Virus record (IMG/VR): IMGVR_UViG_3300030004_000009
Span: 112,704-176,703 of that record
Strand: one strand, 5' to 3'
Origin: a virus
Length of the DNA stretch: 64,000 nucleotides
Shown: piece by piece, positions 45,018-56,000 of the stretch
Numbering within the stretch: the stretch's first letter is position 1
Layout of the letters: each line of letters begins with the position of its first letter
The notes under the pieces: generated by a model
Seen by the model: only the letters and a program-made list of their open reading frames with translations
What the model was told of the DNA's origin: nothing
Database searches by the model: none
Made by a program: the position numbers and the translations under genes

Positions 45018-45422
45018 ATGCAAGGTGAACAAACGCCAACACCTGAACAAATACAGGATATGAAAGTTGAGAATAAAGTAGGTGAGTTACAACAGGCAGA
45101 ACAGCAACGTCAGAATCCAGATGTAGTACAAAATCAATCTATGACTGATATCTTACGTGCACAAATGGTTCCAAAACCTAAATTACAACCACAACCAACT
45201 ATGAGAGTTATGTCTAGTAATGGACAGTTATTTGGAGTACCAACTGCTAAGAAAGGTACTAAATTAAAATCTAATATTGAAACTTTTGATCCATACGGTT
45301 CTAAGAAGACTCAAGGTCTTAACCCTAAGAAAGTTATAATGGGTCAAGGATCGGGAGCTGTACAGAGTAATGAGAAGATGTATACAGGTAGAGCACATGC
45401 AACTAATTATGGTGGTGCTTAA
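45018..45422 (+). CDS. Q/P-rich hypothetical protein
   Basis: 134 aa, AKKGTKL motif. Confidence 0.6.
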   Translation: MQGEQTPTPEQIQDMKVENKVGELQQAEQQRQNPDVVQNQSMTDILRAQMVPKPKLQPQPTMRVMSSNGQLFGVPTAKKGTKLKSNIETFDPYGSKKTQGLNPKKVIMGQGSGAVQSNEKMYTGRAHATNYGGA

Positions 45423-45664
45423 TTCTACAAATAAATAAGAAATGATATGAATATAATAGTACAGGATCTAATAGCAAATAGAGTAGAGTTTGAAGATTTT
45501 ATAGAAGAAGTTTTTGGAGCAGGTTATCTACTTGATTTAGAAACTATAAATTTTAATAACTTAACTTTAAGAAAAGATAAACCAATAGACTTTCCAGAAA
45601 GAATAGATGAGATGTTTAAACCTGTTATGGGTCAAGGTAATGAGGATAATATATTTAATGATTA

Positions 45665-46231
45665 ATGAATTACTTTATATTTGAAAATAATAAGTTACAC
45701 CTTAATAAGGAGAGCATTCTCCTCATTAAGGAATTTGCACCCTTATGGGATATAGATAGGAATAAGATTAATGGTGATACACGTGGTTATGATCGTAAAC
45801 GTGCATTTCGTGAATTCACATATATGTTTTTAATGTATGATTGGGAATCGCCTTATAAGCAATTTACAGATCAAGAAAGACATAACGACTCACTTGCTGA
45901 TAGTGAATTAACTAACAAACAATTCAACGATCCTTTATTTGTAGAGGCTTGTAAGAAGTATCAGAAGATACAAGAAACAAGAATGTTAAAACTATTACAA
46001 GCTTGTTATAAAGCAGTTGATGAGTTAACTTTATTTTATAATACTGTAGATTTACAAGAACGTGATATAGATGGTAAACCTATCTTCAATGCAAAACAAA
46101 TAAACGATACAATTGCTAGCCAAGGTAAAACTATAATATCTCTTGAGTCACTTGAAGCTATAGTAAGACGTGAGAAAGAGGGAGATGCAGCTAAACTTCG
46201 TGGGGATAAGAAACCTGGAACATTCGATTAA
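45665..46231 (+). CDS. Conserved crAss-like protein upstream of terL (possible small terminase)
   Basis: AFREFTYMFLMYDWESPY motif; position directly before terL. Confidence 0.6.
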   Translation: MNYFIFENNKLHLNKESILLIKEFAPLWDIDRNKINGDTRGYDRKRAFREFTYMFLMYDWESPYKQFTDQERHNDSLADSELTNKQFNDPLFVEACKKYQKIQETRMLKLLQACYKAVDELTLFYNTVDLQERDIDGKPIFNAKQINDTIASQGKTIISLESLEAIVRREKEGDAAKLRGDKKPGTFD

Positions 46232-46273
46232 CTCATACTTACTCTTTAAAAGGTAAGACTGATAAATTAAAAT

Positions 46274-49200
46274 ATGGTTAAAAGTGTAGACGAACTAATA
46301 GGTGAAACCTGGCGTAAAAAGATAATATGGGATGTATCTCATGAAAGAGCACTTAAACAAGTAGAAGCTGGAACCTTCTACTTTGATCCTAACCTATCAT
46401 ATGAGACTACAGGTTATAGACCAATAACAGAAATTAAAGGTCTTGATTTTAATCCACTACCTTTTAAGAAGATAGGATTAGATAGAATATCTAAAGGTAC
46501 ATATTCGGGACTTCAGATAGGAAGTAAACACCATAGAGATTGGTGGCTAGAGCAGTATGATAAATGTGAAAATGGATTTGAACACAAAGGTTATAGAGTA
46601 ACTGGTGATCATTATTTCTTCTTAAACTTTTACTCTATGTTAGTCGGTAAGAAAGGACAGAAGGCTGGAGCCGGACGACAGTTCACACACCCTTCATTTT
46701 GGTCACTTCACTATGAATGGTTTCATTACATAGAACTTGCAGAAGTATTTGGTTATGATTGTGCAGCTCTAAAATCAAGAGGGGTAAATGTCTTGCCCTC
46801 CGTCTAGGTAACTAGCGGTAATAAATCCGGCAATATCGGTGAAGACTAAGTTGATTATTATAAAAACAATTAAAATTATTATGACTATAAAAGAACAAGA
46901 ACAAATACTAGAGAAATTACCTTTTTACACTAAGCATAGTAGTAAGAGAGAAATAAGACATGAGTTCTTCGATAACATTGAAACAGAAGTTCAAGCATAT
47001 ATCCTAGGTATATACGCATCAGACGGGAGTGTTAATGCAGAACGAAAGACAATGACTTTAGGAATATCACAAGTTGATACTCAATTAATAGAATTATTTA
47101 AGAAATACATATCACCAAATGCTTATACTCGTATTACTGAACCAAGAGTATTATCAAATGCAGGTAGAAATGGTATAGATATAAATGATAATGGTTCTAT
47201 ATATTTGGATATAACTAGTGTAATTATCTATAAATCTCTTTGCGATAAAGGCTTTGGATCTAGAAAGACTTATAACGATTCAGTCTTACCTAATATATCA
47301 GCAGAGATGTTACCTCACTTTATAAGAGGTTACTTTGATGGTGATGGATGTATAACTACTTGGTTAGCTAAAGAGAAAGGTAAAGCAGATAGAGTAAGAT
47401 CCAAATTTGACATATCGTCAAAGACTAGATCACTACTCGATGATATAAATTCTGAGTTTAGTAAAGTTGGAATAACTTGTAACATTAACTATTTAAAGAG
47501 AGACGACATGTATCGTTTATGTACTTCAAGTAGAGTTGAGTTAGGTAAGTTGTTTAAGTATCTATATAGTGATAGTAATTTCAGATTGGATCGTAAATAC
47601 GATAAATTTAATCGATATGTTAATACCGAGATAACTCAGTTAATCGCTGAGTATCGTAACGCATAGGTGTTGAGCGCTATTGAGAGCAATAATATACCCA
47701 CGAGTGCCGGACAACCTAATGGCTTAGGTTGAAAATATATGCTGAACTCATGAGAAATCATGAGAAGCTAAGGATAAAAAGCCTTAGCGATAACATTAAT
47801 TGAGGATTCTCAGAAGTAGGTGCATCTTTAGGTGTACGACCGTTTATAACAACACCACATTATAATACAGTTTATCTAGCTTCATATGAACCTTATCTTA
47901 CTGGTAAAGGTATCATACAGAAATGCTGGACCCAACTTGACTGGTTAAATCAGAACTCAGAAGATGGTATGCGTAGAGTAAGACAATATGTAAATCAAGG
48001 TCTTCATAAACGTGCATCTAAATTAAATAAAGATAACGAAGAATTTGGACATATGTCTCAGATATCTGGACAGATAGTTGATAAAGCTGATAAACTTCGT
48101 GGTGATCGTACAGATCGTCTTATATTTGAAGAGTCAGGTTCTAATCCAGTTCTCTTAGATACTTATGGTGTATCTGAAGCATTAGTTATTCCAAATGGTG
48201 AACGTGTAGGAACACGTATTGTATTTGGTACTGGTGGAGATACTGATGAAAATGAGAATGCGAAGAGTAAAAAGACTAAATCAGGTTTATTTGGACTTGA
48301 AACTATGTTCAATGATCCTCGTGCATTTAATATCTTACCTTATAGACACAACTATAATACACTACAAGAATATGTAGATACAGCATTTTTTGTACCAGCA
48401 TGGCGTACAGTTATAGTGGCTATGGATCATCGTGGTGTTGTTAATGAAGAGTTAGCTAGAGCATACTATAATAAAGAGAGAGATAAAAAGAAAGGACAGC
48501 CTGAAGCTTATCTTAGATACTGTTCAGAGTATTGTTTTACATATGAAGAAGCTTTATCACGTAAAGGTTCTAATAACTTTGATCGAGCTAAACTTGTAGA
48601 ACAACGTGTTCAAATAGAATTCTTAAAAACAACTCCAGTTCCAGTACGTGGTCACTTATCATGGATTAAAGATCCTACTAACGAGAAGAATATTACTGGT
48701 GTTAAATTTACTAAGAGTGATAGTGGTACAGTATTTGTAACGGAAGAGCCAATACAAGAGAATGGTCTTGTAGTTCATGATTTATATGTAGCTGGTATTG
48801 ACTCTATTGATATGGGTATCAACGATTCAATCTCAGGCGATAAAGGTTCTAAGTTTTGTATTGTGGTTAAGAAACGTTCATATGGACTTTCAGGTAATCA
48901 ATATGTATGTAAATATATTGATAGACCAGTTGATGTTCGTGAGTGTTATGAAAAAGCAGCTATGATGCTTTGGTGGTATAATGCTAAAGCTAATATAGAA
49001 TATACAAAGATTGGTCTTATTGGTTACTTTAGAGAGAAGGGTTGGATACGCTATTTAATGTCTAGACCTAAATATGCTCTTGAAGGTCAATCTAATAATA
49101 AGAATGCAACTAACTTAATTGGTACTCAATCTACTCCTAAACTTATTGATTATGGACTTGACCTTGTACGTGATTATATAAATGACTATTGTGAAAACAT

Positions 49201-49444
49201 TTTTTACTTAGATATGGTAAAGCAGCTTCAAGACTATTCATACGAATTAAAAGGTAAATTTGATATAGTAGCTGCAATGCAGATGTGTGAAATTGGTGAT
49301 CAAGATATGATGGGTATAACACCACGTAAACAAGAGCAGCAAGAATGGAGAGATATAGGATATTACTATGAAGATGGTAGAAAACGATATGGTATAAAAC
49401 CTCAAGAAAATAATAATGAGTACTTATTTAGACTTACCGGATAG
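46274..49444 (+). CDS. terL: Terminase large subunit, spliced: join(46274..46785,47803..49444), about 717 aa
   Basis: TGDHYFFLNF; splicing rebuilds Walker A LKSRGVGFSE; LRGDR..FEESG Walker B; GTGG; YVAGIDSID nuclease motif. Confidence 0.92.
46786..47802 (+). mobile_element. Group I intron in terL
   Basis: 5' exon ends in U paired to G of the guide GCCCU; intron ends in G; P3 TCCGGCA/TGCCGGA; P7 GCATA/TATGC; reading frame restored. Confidence 0.9.
46881..47666 (+). CDS. Intron-encoded LAGLIDADG homing endonuclease
   Basis: Two motifs AYILGIYASDG and FIRGYFDGDG; likely start ATG 46881. Confidence 0.9.
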   Translation: MTIKEQEQILEKLPFYTKHSSKREIRHEFFDNIETEVQAYILGIYASDGSVNAERKTMTLGISQVDTQLIELFKKYISPNAYTRITEPRVLSNAGRNGIDINDNGSIYLDITSVIIYKSLCDKGFGSRKTYNDSVLPNISAEMLPHFIRGYFDGDGCITTWLAKEKGKADRVRSKFDISSKTRSLLDDINSEFSKVGITCNINYLKRDDMYRLCTSSRVELGKLFKYLYSDSNFRLDRKYDKFNRYVNTEITQLIAEYRNA

Positions 49445-49763
49445 AGTCCGACAATACATAAGAGATAAATTTCATAAAGAATACTTAAGTACTCTTGACT
49501 ACTATACTAAACCTATATGTGATGGAGTTAAACTTTATGTATTGACATGGGGTTTAAATCAATGGATGTTTCCATTTGTTATGCAAGGTGAGTTTACATC
49601 AGAAGATAACTTTTTTAATTATATAGTTAAACAAATAGGTAGTACTAAGTTTTTTGAGACTAAACATTTTATAGCATACAGAATAGGAAAACCAATGATT
49701 GAAGCAGACCATTATATAGACCCTTTACTTAAATTTGATAATCATGTTAACAGAGAGTTATAA
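49416..49763 (+). CDS. Conserved small protein between terL and portal
   Basis: 115 aa, overlaps both neighbours. Confidence 0.65.
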   Translation: MSTYLDLPDRVRQYIRDKFHKEYLSTLDYYTKPICDGVKLYVLTWGLNQWMFPFVMQGEFTSEDNFFNYIVKQIGSTKFFETKHFIAYRIGKPMIEADHYIDPLLKFDNHVNREL

Positions 49764-52020
49764 TCAAAATGCTCTTTATTCAGAGAAGGAAAAAGATACA
49801 GATGACTATCTAGTTAGTTGTATAGATCTTGCTATTGCTGAACTTATTAAAGAGAAAGATCACTTGCGTAAAGCTTATAATTATTATAATGGATTACGTG
49901 ATGCTCAACAATTTAGGCATTTAGAAGAGAATTTCGGTATTGGTGTTGCAACTTCAATTGAGTTTATACCTCTTATACGTAGACATGTAGATGCCTTAGT
50001 AGGACAGTATCTTCAAAATAAAATAAAGCCAAAAGTTACTTGTAAAGATAAACCTACTCTTAATAAAATAGAGAGACAGAAACAACTTGCTATATATGAA
50101 GGAGAAGTCAATAGACTTAAAACTCAATTTGAAACTAACTTTACATTTGCTTATGCAACACCAGAAGATCAACAAACACAACAAGTACCAGTAGATATAG
50201 CAGTAGAGAATGAACTCTCTAAACTAAAGGATGAGATATCAAGAAACTTTGTATCTGAATTTGAAATAGCAGCACAGAATGTATTACTTCATCTTATACA
50301 GTCTAAGTCAGTTGATATTTATAATAAACTTAAGACAATCTTACTTGATATACTTATTGCAGGTCAATGTTATTATAAAATAACAACCATACATAAAGGT
50401 GAGACACCACAGATTGAAGTGCTTAATCCATTTGATGTATTTCACGATAGAACTACACTTTCTCCTTATATTAAAAAAGCACCACGTATAGTATCTCGTA
50501 GATGGATGTACAAAGATCAAATACTTAATCGTTATGGTCACTTCTTTCAGAAAGATGATATAGATCGTTTAATGGATGGTATGCCTGAAGGACCTAATTC
50601 TTCACTCATGTATATCGTTAATGATTCTCGTGGATTAGTTGCAGATACATCTGTAGCTATTGATCCATTTTCAGTTTATAATAATGACTATAAGAATGAA
50701 CAATATTATAATAAGCTTAATCTTGTACCGGTATATGAGGTTGAATGGTTAACAGTTAATAAGAACGATTATAAGACGGAAGATGGTAAAACTATCTATA
50801 GAGTTGATAGATATAAAGGTACTAGAATAGGTCAAGATATCTATGTTGATATGGGTAAAGATGAAGATGTAATACGGAGTGTAGAAAATCCTTATGAATG
50901 TTTTAATTCAATTAATGGTACTTATTACTCTGATCGTAATGGTAAGCCTTATTCATTAGTCTTAGCAACAGCAGGTCTACAAGATAAGTATGACATACTT
51001 CACTTTCATCGTGATAACTTAATAGCTAACTCAGGATCTAAAGGAGATTGGGTTGATGTTTCTAATCTACCTACATTTCTAGGTCAAACTCCAGAAGAAA
51101 GACTTCTAAAGTTTATGGCTTATAAGAAACAGGGCCTTGCCCCAATTAATACAGCTCAAGAGGGTCGTGGAGCAAATCATAATACAGTGTTTTCAGGTTT
51201 TGATAATACTGTTCCAGGTCAAGCTATTCAAGCAATACAACTTGTAATACAACAAACTGAAGATACATGTTCAGCTATAACTGGTGTATTTCGAGAGTTA
51301 CTTGGAGGTATAGAACAAACTGATGCAGTTTCAAATGTAGCAGTAGGTGTAAGACAGTCAGCAATCATAACAAAACAATATTATCAAGTTATGGATTCTA
51401 TTACAACAGAACTTCTTATTGATGCTATTAATGCTTGTAAAGAGTCTTATAGAGATGGAATGGTTGGATCACTTATACTTGGTGATAAAATGCAAAAGAT
51501 CTTTTCAATATCACCAGAACATTTTTGCTTTACTGATTATGATGTGCATATAGCAGATTCAGGCGATATGGTTAAGGATATGCAGAAAATAGAACAGATT
51601 ACTATGGAACTTATTAAAGGTGGACAAGTTGATATGGATATTATACTTGAGGGTATTAGTGCTGAATCTATGACAGAAATGAAAGAAGATGTTCTTAACG
51701 CTATTAAGAAGAAACAAGCTGAGAATAATCAAATTCAAATGCTTACTCAACAACTCAAACAAGCTCAACAAGCTGCTAAACAACTTCAATCCCAAATGCA
51801 AGCTATTCAAAGTCAAAATGATAAACTTAAAGCACAAGGTCTTCAAGTTGAAGAACAAGCTATTAATGATGACTTTACAGTACGTACTCAACAAAATCAA
51901 AATACTAAAGATTATAACGATAAGAAAATACAATTAGATGAACAACGTATTGAACTTGAAAAACTTGAAGTGATTCAAGGTAATAAAGTTAATCAAACAC
52001 CTAATCAAGACTTTGCATGA
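49735..52020 (+). CDS. Portal protein
   Basis: KAYNYYNG.RD..QFRHLEENFGIG..IEFIPLIRRHVD..ITGVFRE.LGGIEQ.DAVSNV; long C-terminal coiled coil; synteny. Confidence 0.9.
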   Translation: MIIMLTESYNQNALYSEKEKDTDDYLVSCIDLAIAELIKEKDHLRKAYNYYNGLRDAQQFRHLEENFGIGVATSIEFIPLIRRHVDALVGQYLQNKIKPKVTCKDKPTLNKIERQKQLAIYEGEVNRLKTQFETNFTFAYATPEDQQTQQVPVDIAVENELSKLKDEISRNFVSEFEIAAQNVLLHLIQSKSVDIYNKLKTILLDILIAGQCYYKITTIHKGETPQIEVLNPFDVFHDRTTLSPYIKKAPRIVSRRWMYKDQILNRYGHFFQKDDIDRLMDGMPEGPNSSLMYIVNDSRGLVADTSVAIDPFSVYNNDYKNEQYYNKLNLVPVYEVEWLTVNKNDYKTEDGKTIYRVDRYKGTRIGQDIYVDMGKDEDVIRSVENPYECFNSINGTYYSDRNGKPYSLVLATAGLQDKYDILHFHRDNLIANSGSKGDWVDVSNLPTFLGQTPEERLLKFMAYKKQGLAPINTAQEGRGANHNTVFSGFDNTVPGQAIQAIQLVIQQTEDTCSAITGVFRELLGGIEQTDAVSNVAVGVRQSAIITKQYYQVMDSITTELLIDAINACKESYRDGMVGSLILGDKMQKIFSISPEHFCFTDYDVHIADSGDMVKDMQKIEQITMELIKGGQVDMDIILEGISAESMTEMKEDVLNAIKKKQAENNQIQMLTQQLKQAQQAAKQLQSQMQAIQSQNDKLKAQGLQVEEQAINDDFTVRTQQNQNTKDYNDKKIQLDEQRIELEKLEVIQGNKVNQTPNQDFA

Positions 52021-52880
52021 CAACACTCGCTTTAAATATAACTCTAGATAATGGTTGTAATTTGTCTGTCTCTGATACTACAGGTTTCTATAATGGTAGT
52101 ACTAACTTAACTGGATTCTTACCGGAATCCAACGAAAGTTCACTTGTACTCAATACATATAAGCTATCACAAGGTTATTTCTTAAATATTTTACTTTATA
52201 ATAAGTATGCAAGCACACCTGTAATAGTTAATACCTCTGACTCATTTTATACTGTACCTCAACCTACAAATGTCACTTACGCTAATAACTTTCCATCAAC
52301 TAGTTATAAATTAACACTTGATGGTTCTTATACACTAACAAGATATTTTATACCTTCCCTTACTTTTTATACGGCAAATTATACTAATTCTATTTTTAAC
52401 AGTATAAATATGTTTTATACAGATGGCACAAATTTATATAATGTTATAAGTGGCACACCAACTATAATATCAATTACTGCTTTTATAAACACTAATCTTA
52501 ATACTTCTAACTGTATTTCAACTAGTAGTTCGTTTATCTCAACTTGTCATACTAACGCATGTTATTTTAAAATACTAAGTACAATAACCGATAAAAATAT
52601 AGGAGTTCCACAACATCATAGAGATTATGGACAGGATAGACGAGATTATGGGGATACATATTACGATAGTTATAGAGATTCTAGATCAGAGGATGATAGA
52701 CGTTATGAGTTTAAAGAACTTAAGGAAAAGAGAGATATTTTATATATGACACTTGAAGTAATTAAGTATCTTCAAGACTTTAACAATATAACACAGATAC
52801 AAAAGTTAATAGAAGCCTTAGACATATGTGGCACAATGTGTTCACCTATTATAGGAGCAAATTGTGGTTGTAGTGGATAA
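52017..52880 (+). CDS. Conserved virion-associated protein after portal
   Basis: RDILYMTLEVIKYL..CGTMC..CGCS C-terminus. Confidence 0.6.
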   Translation: MTTLALNITLDNGCNLSVSDTTGFYNGSTNLTGFLPESNESSLVLNTYKLSQGYFLNILLYNKYASTPVIVNTSDSFYTVPQPTNVTYANNFPSTSYKLTLDGSYTLTRYFIPSLTFYTANYTNSIFNSINMFYTDGTNLYNVISGTPTIISITAFINTNLNTSNCISTSSSFISTCHTNACYFKILSTITDKNIGVPQHHRDYGQDRRDYGDTYYDSYRDSRSEDDRRYEFKELKEKRDILYMTLEVIKYLQDFNNITQIQKLIEALDICGTMCSPIIGANCGCSG

Positions 52881-53084
52881 GTTACCTATTTTAAAACAAT
52901 TAATCATTGATAATTTTGCTATCTTTATTAGACAAGCACAAAAGGGTCATAAAACATCTAATGGTTACTCAACTATTAGAGAAGCAATGTTTGCTATTAA
53001 CATGTTAAATAATTTTACAGTAGATACTAATAAACAAACAGCTATAATAGATTATTATCTAAGAAGGCTTAACGAAATATAACA

Positions 53085-56000
53085 ATGTTACAAACAGGAA
53101 GTAATAATCCATTTACAATTATAGATAGTTCTATGGAACAAACAGATAAGATACTTTCTATAGAAACTGTAAACTCTACAACTTGTATCTCTGATCTTAC
53201 ACCTGCTTGTACTAATGGAGTTCATAATTCATTATATGGTTTACAAGGCGGTATACCTACTGAACGCTATCACACAACAGCTCTTATTAATGCAGGTTTA
53301 GTAGCTGCCACTACACCTTCAAATACTAATCCATTTGTTACACAAAGTGTAGTGAATACTTTAATTGGTAATGCATCTGATATGTATCTTACTATCATTA
53401 ATCCAGTATTTGATGGACTATTATCAGGTGGTAATATAGCTTTATCTAACATCCAATATATTCTATTTAATGGGGATACGGATATGAATTGGAGAATAGG
53501 TTATGATATGGGTGCTTTTTCACTTACTAATGTAGCCACTCCACTCACTATAGTTACTGGTACAGGTTCAACAGATGGTTTTGCTATAGGTGGTACTGAA
53601 GGATCATCTTTCTTTGAAATTAAAGGGAGCACAGGTAATGCTTACTTCTTACAAGGTCTATCAGTTAATAACTCACCAGTTAATCCTACTGATGTAACTA
53701 GAATGACTGATTTTAATAATGGATTATCAGTTAATAGTACTAATTTTATAGGATTAGGTGGGCAATTAATAGAAGGTGTTAACATAGATCAAAATGGTAA
53801 TCAGTTTGAACTTTCTGACGATCTTTATTCATCTACTTATCTTTGGATGGGACCTGATCCTAGTAATCCTGGAATAGAAATTGGTATAGGATCAGGTAGT
53901 TCAGCTAGTTTCATGGAATTTTATACTACTGGACTAGGCCTTTATTTTGAATACGGAGGTGGAGGTAGTCAAGTTATATTACTCAGTAGTGAAGGTGGTA
54001 TACTAGTCCAAGATGCTATTAATAATATAGGAGTTTTATATGCTAGTGATTATTCATCTAATTGGTCATCAGATACTCCATTAGTAATACCTAATATAGG
54101 ATATTTATATGATAATTTTATATCAATAGGTGGATCAGATCAAACTATAACTCAAGTCCCTAATTTTCAAAATGGATTAGTAAGCTCATCAGGTGGGTAT
54201 ACTACATCGGTTGACCCCACCGAATTTCAGGCACTTTATAGCGGTAATGGTTTTTATAGTAGATTGACCTGGGATGGTTTAGAATTTTACAATTCTAGTA
54301 ATTCTGCTCTATTTAGCATAGATGCTTATAATGGTATATTTTCAGGATCACTAGTAATGCGTTTCATGAGTGAAATAAATGTACTTGACCCAGTTAATGG
54401 AGCTGATCCTGTTACTTTAGATTATGCGAATGCTAATTATGCTTTAAGTTCTGGTACTTATGTTACCTCTTTTAATACGAGGACTGGAGCAATTACTTTA
54501 TTAGCCAGTGATGTAACTACTGTATTAAATGGAACTACATTAACTGGACCTATTTATTTAGCTGGAGATGCTACTACAGCTTTAGAACCTGCTAGTTTTG
54601 GTCAATTATTAAATTATGTTAATGGATTAAACTGGAAACATTCTGTAACTGTAAGTACAACGGGTACCCTTCCTGCTTATACTACAAGTTCTGATTTTTT
54701 AACATTAACTGCATCTAGTAATGGAGCATTTCCAACTATTGACGGTATATCATTATCATCAGGAGTTGATACTATATTAGTTAAGAATGAAAGTGGATCA
54801 CTACGTACTAATAATGGAGCTTATGAATTAACTCAACAAGGTAGTATCTCAACTCCATGGATATTAACTAGAACTATTGACAGTAATACTTCTTTAGAAT
54901 TATCAGGAGCTACTTATTTAGTAAGAGAAGGATCCACTCAACAAGGTCAAGTTTACTTAGTTAATAGTAATCCAGTAACCTTAGGTACTACTCAAATAAC
55001 TCTTGCTTTAAGTGCAGGTCCTAATACTTATTTATCAGATGGTATTACTATAACTCAATCAGGTAATGTATTTAGTCTTAATACTTCATATACTGACGGA
55101 AGATATTTACAATTAACTGGTGGTACTGTTACTGGTAATATTGGAATAAATGGAGGTACTTTAAGTAGTAATTATAGTGGATTAATAGGTACTTTAAGTG
55201 GTAGTAGATTAGTTTCTGGAGGTGGTAATTATATTGAACTATCTTCTGGAGGCTCTTATAATTCCATAACTTTAAATACTAATAATTTAGTAAATATAAC
55301 TAATCCCACTACTACTATTCAATTTTCAGGAAATACTATAACTAATACTGGAAATAGTGCTACTGTTTTGTGGAGTAATCAAGGTTATATAACTGGTACT
55401 ACTATATCTACTTTATATGTACCATATACTGGAGCCACTAGTAATGTTAATTTAGGTATATATAGTTTAACAAGCGGTGCCATAACATCTACGGGACAAA
55501 GTTCATTTACCGGAAGCGGTGGTGAACCAGCGGTAACTATTACATCAGCAGGTGGATCAAACCCGGAAGCATTAATAGTAAACGGTACAAGTACTTTTAA
55601 TAGTACTACAGAAATTAATGCGGGATTAAGTGCCAATACTATAGTTAATAATGGCACAGGAGGGAACGGTTATTATTCAGGAATAGCACAATCGCCAGCA
55701 CCCGCAACGCCTGTAAGCGGTACAGAGGTTTTATATGTTAATTCAAGCAGCCAGTGGACATTTTTAGGACATAACGGTTTTGCTGCATCGCTTACAAAAT
55801 CGCTTTTAACTGCAAGCCAAGTTTATTCATTTCCTAATTCAACCGGAACATTTGTTGACGGGGGTGTTATTAACTGGCCCGGCACAATTTACAGTACACC
55901 AACTACAGCTACCGTAACATCGGGAGGTGTATTGACCTTTGCACCTGCTTTGGCTACGCAAACGGCTAATACATTTTTAGCTGGGCCATCATCGGGAAGC

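Noticed and set aside
46839-49444. Intein or three independent genes at terL
   Set aside because: The fragments are separated by stop codons and non-coding sequence; group I splice signals explain the join exactly
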